A DNA stretch of 64,000 nt from Candidatus Brocadiia bacterium. GTDB taxonomy: Bacteria > Planctomycetota > Brocadiia > SM23-32. Of the stretch, positions 58,882-64,000 are shown one piece after another. A program made the translations under genes and the position numbers. The stretch lies in assembly GCA_046538485.1 (NCBI GenBank), contig JBKHIT010000021.1, positions 1 through 64,000 of the forward strand, read 5' to 3'. Under the pieces are notes generated by a model, which saw only the letters and a program-made list of their open reading frames with translations, made no database searches and was not told the origin of the DNA. The first letter of the stretch is position 1. Each line of letters starts with the position of its first letter.

Positions 58882-59730
58882 TCATTGATCCCCGTTCGCC
58901 ATCGGCCCGAAACCAGCGGGGTGGGATGGCAAAAAATCTGCAGCGCCGACCACATCCCCTCGAGCCGTCAGGTCCACCACAGGCCCCTCGCTGAAAACAA
59001 CGCGAAACGGCACCGTTTCCTCCCGCAAAAGGCGCCGAACAGCGTCGGTCAATTCATATTCCCGCCTCTCGGGATGCGCTTCAATGGCCCGGCACGCATC
59101 AAAAATATCCGTCGTGAACCGGTACAAATTCATGCTCACCCTCAGGTCGCCATTGTCGGCATAATCTTCGGGATTTTCAGGTTTCTCCACAATCTCGGCC
59201 AGGTTATCCTCCCCCTCAATCGTCAAAACGGCGAATCTATCGACTCTATCAGCACCGAAATTGCTGTTCTCCACCAGAGCATTCCGCGAAAATCCCACAG
59301 CGTAACAAGATTTATCTGAAATCTCGTGCAAGTCTCTCAGCACCGAGCCGGGATAATAATTATCGCAATTACACATTACGAACGGGCCGCCACTTAAGAC
59401 ACTTTCAGCCGCCAAAAGTGCATCTGCCGTGCCCTTTGGTTCCTCCTGGACGGCCGGTATGATTTGTGCCCCCAACTGTTGACTGGCACGCTCACAGTAT
59501 TTCTCCAGTTCCTGACAATCCGGCGGGATCACGAGACATAGCTCGCCAAATCCTGCCCGCACCAATTCCCCCGTAACATAATCAAGAAACGGATACCCGT
59601 TGATCGGTATCAGACCTTTAAGCCCTTTATCCGCAAGCTCAGCAGAACTTCCCTTGAGTTCCACATCCGCAGAATTCCTGCGCATCCTGCTCCCCAAACC
59701 ACCAGCAAGAATAACCGCTTTCTTCGTCAC
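58882..59730 (-). CDS. Sugar-phosphate nucleotidyltransferase family protein
   Basis: AVILAGGLGSRM, QEEPKGTADA, IVEKP, EYELTDAV. Confidence 0.85.
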   Translation of the reverse strand: MTKKAVILAGGLGSRMRRNSADVELKGSSAELADKGLKGLIPINGYPFLDYVTGELVRAGFGELCLVIPPDCQELEKYCERASQQLGAQIIPAVQEEPKGTADALLAAESVLSGGPFVMCNCDNYYPGSVLRDLHEISDKSCYAVGFSRNALVENSNFGADRVDRFAVLTIEGEDNLAEIVEKPENPEDYADNGDLRVSMNLYRFTTDIFDACRAIEAHPERREYELTDAVRRLLREETVPFRVVFSEGPVVDLTARGDVVGAADFLPSHPAGFGPMANGDQ

Positions 59731-60689
59731 GACATCACCGCCTGTCTACCATGAGGACCTCGGCCCTTATCGCTATCGTACTTGCCAGGATATGTTTTCC
59801 ATCTACGATGCATCCAGAGCCATTTACCAGGATTTCGACGTACCAGATCTTCAACATCTGATGTCAGGCGTTGTGTGATACGTCGGATTTCAGCCTCCCT
59901 TTCGGCATCGGCTTTCGGCCAGATGACATCGCTTATAACAGCTCGAAACTTATTCATTTCTTCAATCCTCTCCGCATAGATAAAAACAACCGGTGAGGCG
60001 GTAGCAATGGCCAGTCTCGCCGCGCTCGTATGAGTGCAAGCCGGACGGCCGAAAAAGTCCACAAAGATACCTTCCTTCCTGGCATCTTGATCGATGAGAA
60101 CCGCCACATTGCGCCCGTTCCTGAGAGCCTTCAATGTTTTGCGGATGGCCCCATGTTTTGGAACCAATTTCTGCCCCGCGCTTTCTCGAATTCGAGAAAG
60201 ATATTTTTCAAGGAGTGGATTGCTCCGCTCGCGAGCAACACTGAGCACAGGGAACCCCAAACTTTTGCATGACAAACCCAGCACTTCCCAGCATCCATAG
60301 TGGGCCGTCGCAAACACAATACCCGTCCCCTCATCGACATCTCCCAATAATTCCTCCCCTTCCAGATGAACCAATTCAGCGGCTCGTCCCTCCATGACGA
60401 AACGACTGAAATACAATGCATCAAAAATGGACTCCACGAGCGATCGATAAGCTTTTTTTATGATACGCCTGGCATGCCCTTTACTGATGCCCGGGAAGGC
60501 AAGTCTCAGATTCCGGAGCATTCGCTTTTTGCGGCTCGGACGATCAACCATCCGGACTAAATCTCCGAGAATTCGAGCCATAGAACGACTTACACGCCAG
60601 GTTGGGGCAAGAAAAAATGCTATAACCAATCGCAGCACCAAATACTGTAAACGCTGTAAAAAGGTAACGTCAGCGTGTTCGTCGCTCAC
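59727..60689 (-). CDS. Lipid A biosynthesis acyltransferase (HtrB/MsbB family)
   Basis: TAHYGCWE, LIDQ, FFGRPA, WLWMHRRWK. Confidence 0.9.
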   Translation of the reverse strand: MSDEHADVTFLQRLQYLVLRLVIAFFLAPTWRVSRSMARILGDLVRMVDRPSRKKRMLRNLRLAFPGISKGHARRIIKKAYRSLVESIFDALYFSRFVMEGRAAELVHLEGEELLGDVDEGTGIVFATAHYGCWEVLGLSCKSLGFPVLSVARERSNPLLEKYLSRIRESAGQKLVPKHGAIRKTLKALRNGRNVAVLIDQDARKEGIFVDFFGRPACTHTSAARLAIATASPVVFIYAERIEEMNKFRAVISDVIWPKADAEREAEIRRITQRLTSDVEDLVRRNPGKWLWMHRRWKTYPGKYDSDKGRGPHGRQAVMS

Positions 60690-60785
60690 TTTTCGCCTCT
60701 CCAGAAACCAACATATATACCCGCTTCATAATACTTTAGTGAAAAACTCCGCCTCATCGCAACCCTGCAGGCTATGGGACATAGA

Positions 60786-63569
60786 TCACGACAAAAACTC
60801 CCGCAAAAACTTACCTGTTAGAGATCTTTCGCTGGCCGCGATATCCTCCGGTTTTCCAGCAGCCACGATCTCGCCTCCTCCCTGCCCCTCTCCTGGCCCC
60901 AAATCAATCACATAATCAGCACATTTAATCACGTCGAGATTATGTTCCACCACTACAACAGCGTGCCCCCGATCCACGAGACTCTGGAAACAGGAAATCA
61001 GCTTTTTAACGTCGTCAAGATGCAGCCCCACCGTCGGCTCGTCGAAAATCAAAAGCAGATTTTTTTTCCCGGTTTGCGCGACATAACTCGCCAGTTTCAA
61101 CCGTTGCGCCTCGCCCCCTGAAAGCGTTGTCGCGGGCTGGCCAAGTTTCACGTATCCCAGTCCGACTTCATAGAGCGGACTCAGCCGGTTTACCACACGA
61201 CGCTGGTCACGGAAAAAACGCATCGCCCGCTCAACTGTCATCTCAAGAACCTCATGTATAGAATGGCCTTTATACCTGATATTCAAAATATCCTCTCTGA
61301 ACCGGCGCCCTTCACATTGATCGCATTTCACATAAACATCCGCCAAAAACTGCATATCGACCTTAATATAACCGGCCCCTTCACAATGTTCGCACCGACC
61401 GCCCGGGGTATTGAACGAAAACGCGCCGGGATCCAGATTCCGCACCCTCGCCTCTTTTGTCTCAGCAAAAAGCTTCCGAATCGGCCCGTACGCTTTGATA
61501 TACGTGGCGGGATTTGAGCGAGGCGTCCGGCCTATGGCGCTTTGATCTACTAACACAGCATCCTCAACAAGATCGTGTCCCGTGAGCCGACGGTGCGGCC
61601 CGATCTCATCCCCATATCCCCCCGGCTTCTGGCGTTTGACCGCTCCATAGAGCGTTTCCTCTACCAGCGAACTCTTACCACTCCCGCTTACACCTGTCAC
61701 ACAGGTCAACCGCTCAAGCGGGAATTCGACGTCGATATCTTTGAGGTTATGATGAGAACAACCCTCTAATCGAAGGCTATCCGGAGTTTTTCCCCGCCGC
61801 CGATCCGGAACAGAGATCTCCGTCTCACCGCGAAGATACGCCCCCGTCACCGAATCCTCGCATTCGTATAATCCATCCACCGGCCCACTATAAACCACGC
61901 GCCCGCCCTGCTCGCCCGCCCCTGGACCGAGATCCACCACGTGATCGGCCTGTTCGATAATCTGCCGGTCGTGCTCGACAACAACAACCGTGTTGCCCCG
62001 ATCGCGGAGACCGCAGATGATATCGATCAACCGGTCGTTGTCCCGGGGATGCAATCCGATGCTGGGTTCATCGAGGATATACAGCGTATTGACCAGGGCA
62101 GACCCGAGACTGGTGGCCAGATTCACGCGTTGCATCTCCCCTCCGCTCAGAGTTCGCGTCGTCCGATCGAGCGTGATATAGCCCAGCCCAATGCGCTGGA
62201 GGTAATCGAGTCGTTGACGGATCTCGCTCAGGATGGTTTCCGTTATCTTCTGCTGGTAGTCGTCCAGCCCGAGGTCCCCTTCGAAAAACTCGTTCGCCTC
62301 CGCAATTGTCATCGCGTTGATATGAGCAATGTTCGCGCCATCGATCTGCACCGACCGCGCTTCAGGGCAGAGCCGCGTGCCGTCACACCTGGTGCAGGTG
62401 ACGTAACGGCGATACCGGCTCAGGAGGACCCGGACGTGCATTTTGTATTTTTTCGACCGCAGCCATTCGAAGTAGTCCCGAACTCCGTAGAAATGTTCGG
62501 TTCCTTCCAGAACCTGCTCCCGCTGTTCTTCGCTCAAATCCTCCCACGGAACATCCAGCGGTATCCCGGCCTTTGGAGCCCCTTCCAGCAACTGGGCCTG
62601 GCAGTCTTCGGTACTTTTGGTGGTCCAGGGCTGGATCGCGCCTTCCCGGAGCGATAAACGCGGGTTGGGGATAACGCTCTGCCAGTCGATATCGATCGTG
62701 GCCCCGTAACCCGAACAGTTTTCGCACGCGCCGAGTGGACTGTTGAAAGAAAAGAGCTGGGGAGTAATTTCCGGGAGCGAACGGCCGCAGGAATTGCAGC
62801 GAAAATCCTGGCTGAAGCGCAAAACTTCGCCGTCTATGACCCGGATGACACACCTTCCCTGCCCGAGTCGGTAGCTGGTTTCGACGGCCTCGGCAAGACG
62901 TTCGCGGCTCTGGCCACCGGCCACCAGACGATCCACAACCACCTCGGTGTTCGCACCGGCCGGGATATCGGGCTCTTCGACCGTGGAGATGTCGATCACC
63001 TCGGCGTCGACCAATATCCGCACGAATCCCATCTCCCGGATGCGATCAAGTTGTTCCTCAAGCTCGAGTTTCTCACTGAACTCGATCGGAAACGTGACCA
63101 TAAAACGCGTCTTTTCCCCGAGTTCCATCCCCCGCTCGACCACTTCTCCCACCGTATGAGATCGGATCGGTTCACCGCAGTCCGGGCAAAAAACTTCTCC
63201 CGCCCGGGCGAACAGAAGCCGCAGGTAATCGTTAACTTCCGTGGCGGTTCCCACCGTGGAACGCCGATTTTTGACGGGATTCTTCTGCTCAATGGCGATG
63301 GCGGGGGGGATGTTATCGATGCGGTCGACATCCGGCTTGTCCATCCGTTCGAGGAACTGGCGGGCGTAGGCGCTGAACGACTCGACATACCGCCTCTGTC
63401 CTTCCGCGTAGAGTGTATCGAGCACGAGGCTTGATTTGCCGCTACCGCTCACCCCCGTCACGGCGACAAACTTCCCTTTTGGCACGTCCAGATCCACGTT
63501 TTTCAGATTATGGACCCTGACACCCTGTAATTTAATCGATCGGTGGTTGGGATGGGTTTCGCTCGTCAT
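60786..63569 (-). CDS. uvrA: Excinuclease ABC subunit A
   Basis: Two GVSGSGKSS Walker A motifs, LSGGE signatures, LDEPS/FDEPT, Zn fingers. Confidence 0.96.
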   Translation of the reverse strand: MTSETHPNHRSIKLQGVRVHNLKNVDLDVPKGKFVAVTGVSGSGKSSLVLDTLYAEGQRRYVESFSAYARQFLERMDKPDVDRIDNIPPAIAIEQKNPVKNRRSTVGTATEVNDYLRLLFARAGEVFCPDCGEPIRSHTVGEVVERGMELGEKTRFMVTFPIEFSEKLELEEQLDRIREMGFVRILVDAEVIDISTVEEPDIPAGANTEVVVDRLVAGGQSRERLAEAVETSYRLGQGRCVIRVIDGEVLRFSQDFRCNSCGRSLPEITPQLFSFNSPLGACENCSGYGATIDIDWQSVIPNPRLSLREGAIQPWTTKSTEDCQAQLLEGAPKAGIPLDVPWEDLSEEQREQVLEGTEHFYGVRDYFEWLRSKKYKMHVRVLLSRYRRYVTCTRCDGTRLCPEARSVQIDGANIAHINAMTIAEANEFFEGDLGLDDYQQKITETILSEIRQRLDYLQRIGLGYITLDRTTRTLSGGEMQRVNLATSLGSALVNTLYILDEPSIGLHPRDNDRLIDIICGLRDRGNTVVVVEHDRQIIEQADHVVDLGPGAGEQGGRVVYSGPVDGLYECEDSVTGAYLRGETEISVPDRRRGKTPDSLRLEGCSHHNLKDIDVEFPLERLTCVTGVSGSGKSSLVEETLYGAVKRQKPGGYGDEIGPHRRLTGHDLVEDAVLVDQSAIGRTPRSNPATYIKAYGPIRKLFAETKEARVRNLDPGAFSFNTPGGRCEHCEGAGYIKVDMQFLADVYVKCDQCEGRRFREDILNIRYKGHSIHEVLEMTVERAMRFFRDQRRVVNRLSPLYEVGLGYVKLGQPATTLSGGEAQRLKLASYVAQTGKKNLLLIFDEPTVGLHLDDVKKLISCFQSLVDRGHAVVVVEHNLDVIKCADYVIDLGPGEGQGGGEIVAAGKPEDIAASERSLTGKFLREFLS

Positions 63570-63685
63570 AACTTACCAATAAGCGTCGGTATACTCTCCG
63601 CAAACTATTCAGTATATCAGCCCCGGAGCAGACCCTCCAGCGGGGAAACATCAAACTTTGATACCGCCCATCCGGAGAAAACGGG

Positions 63686-64000
63686 CTACTGATTCACCCC
63701 GACGCCGGTCAAATTTCTGGGGATCGATCCAAGATAATAATAATTCGTGAACCGGGACACGTACGGCCAGTACTTCTCCCCCACGCTCCTGACTCCCCCA
63801 TCCGCGCAGACCGAATTGTGGTTCGGCATGCCGTCGGGCGGATATACTCCCCACCGTCTCCAGCTCGCCGAATGCATCGATCCCAGTCCCTCGGTCCATT
63901 CTGATGGATCATCCGCTTTCACGTTGTTGTCCCACCACAATCCACTTTTAAAATTCCCGTAGAGATGGGGACCTCGCAGACGTCGATGAAACTCATCGTA
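63686..64000 (-). CDS. 3' end of a gene running off the window, probably another DUF1559-like prepilin
   Basis: Frame is open to the window edge; aromatic-rich, with NHNSVCADGGV resembling the N...DG.V motif. Confidence 0.4.
   Translation of the reverse strand, partial: YDEFHRRLRGPHLYGNFKSGLWWDNNVKADDPSEWTEGLGSMHSASWRRWGVYPPDGMPNHNSVCADGGVRSVGEKYWPYVSRFTNYYYLGSIPRNLTGVGVNQ

Overview
A 64 kb bacterial chromosome segment, most likely from a Planctomycetota/PVC-type organism (inferred from the multiple '[14 protein letters not shown]...H-X9-DG' DUF1559-type prepilins, sulfatases and GntR/LacI-hybrid regulators). Contents, left to right: a REP-like palindrome cluster; a six-gene type II FAS / B12-radical SAM / phytoene-desaturase-like lipid cluster; pheA-tpiA-secG-yicC-gmk-rpoZ; a prepilin-led DUF2162-ExbB-DUF2149-CobN (hmuTUVS-like) operon; several partly decayed loci of prepilin, giant secreted protein, regulator and sulfatase genes; a MenAT-like toxin-antitoxin pair; rsmA; a xylose-isomerase-like gene; trpE; leuA; cvpA; PilB-like and PilT ATPases; an acyltransferase; and uvrA. 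The most notable signal outside the ORF track is a complete transcription attenuator upstream of leuA. It has a sigma70-like promoter, a 29-aa leader with (LWLxx)x3 (7 Leu + 3 Trp), an antiterminator and a terminator, followed by a second coupled uORF. A dispersed G-U-stem hairpin repeat (7 full copies and 1 collapsed copy) is also present. No rRNA, tRNA, CRISPR array or transposase was recognised. All family calls come from motif recognition by eye; no database searches were run.
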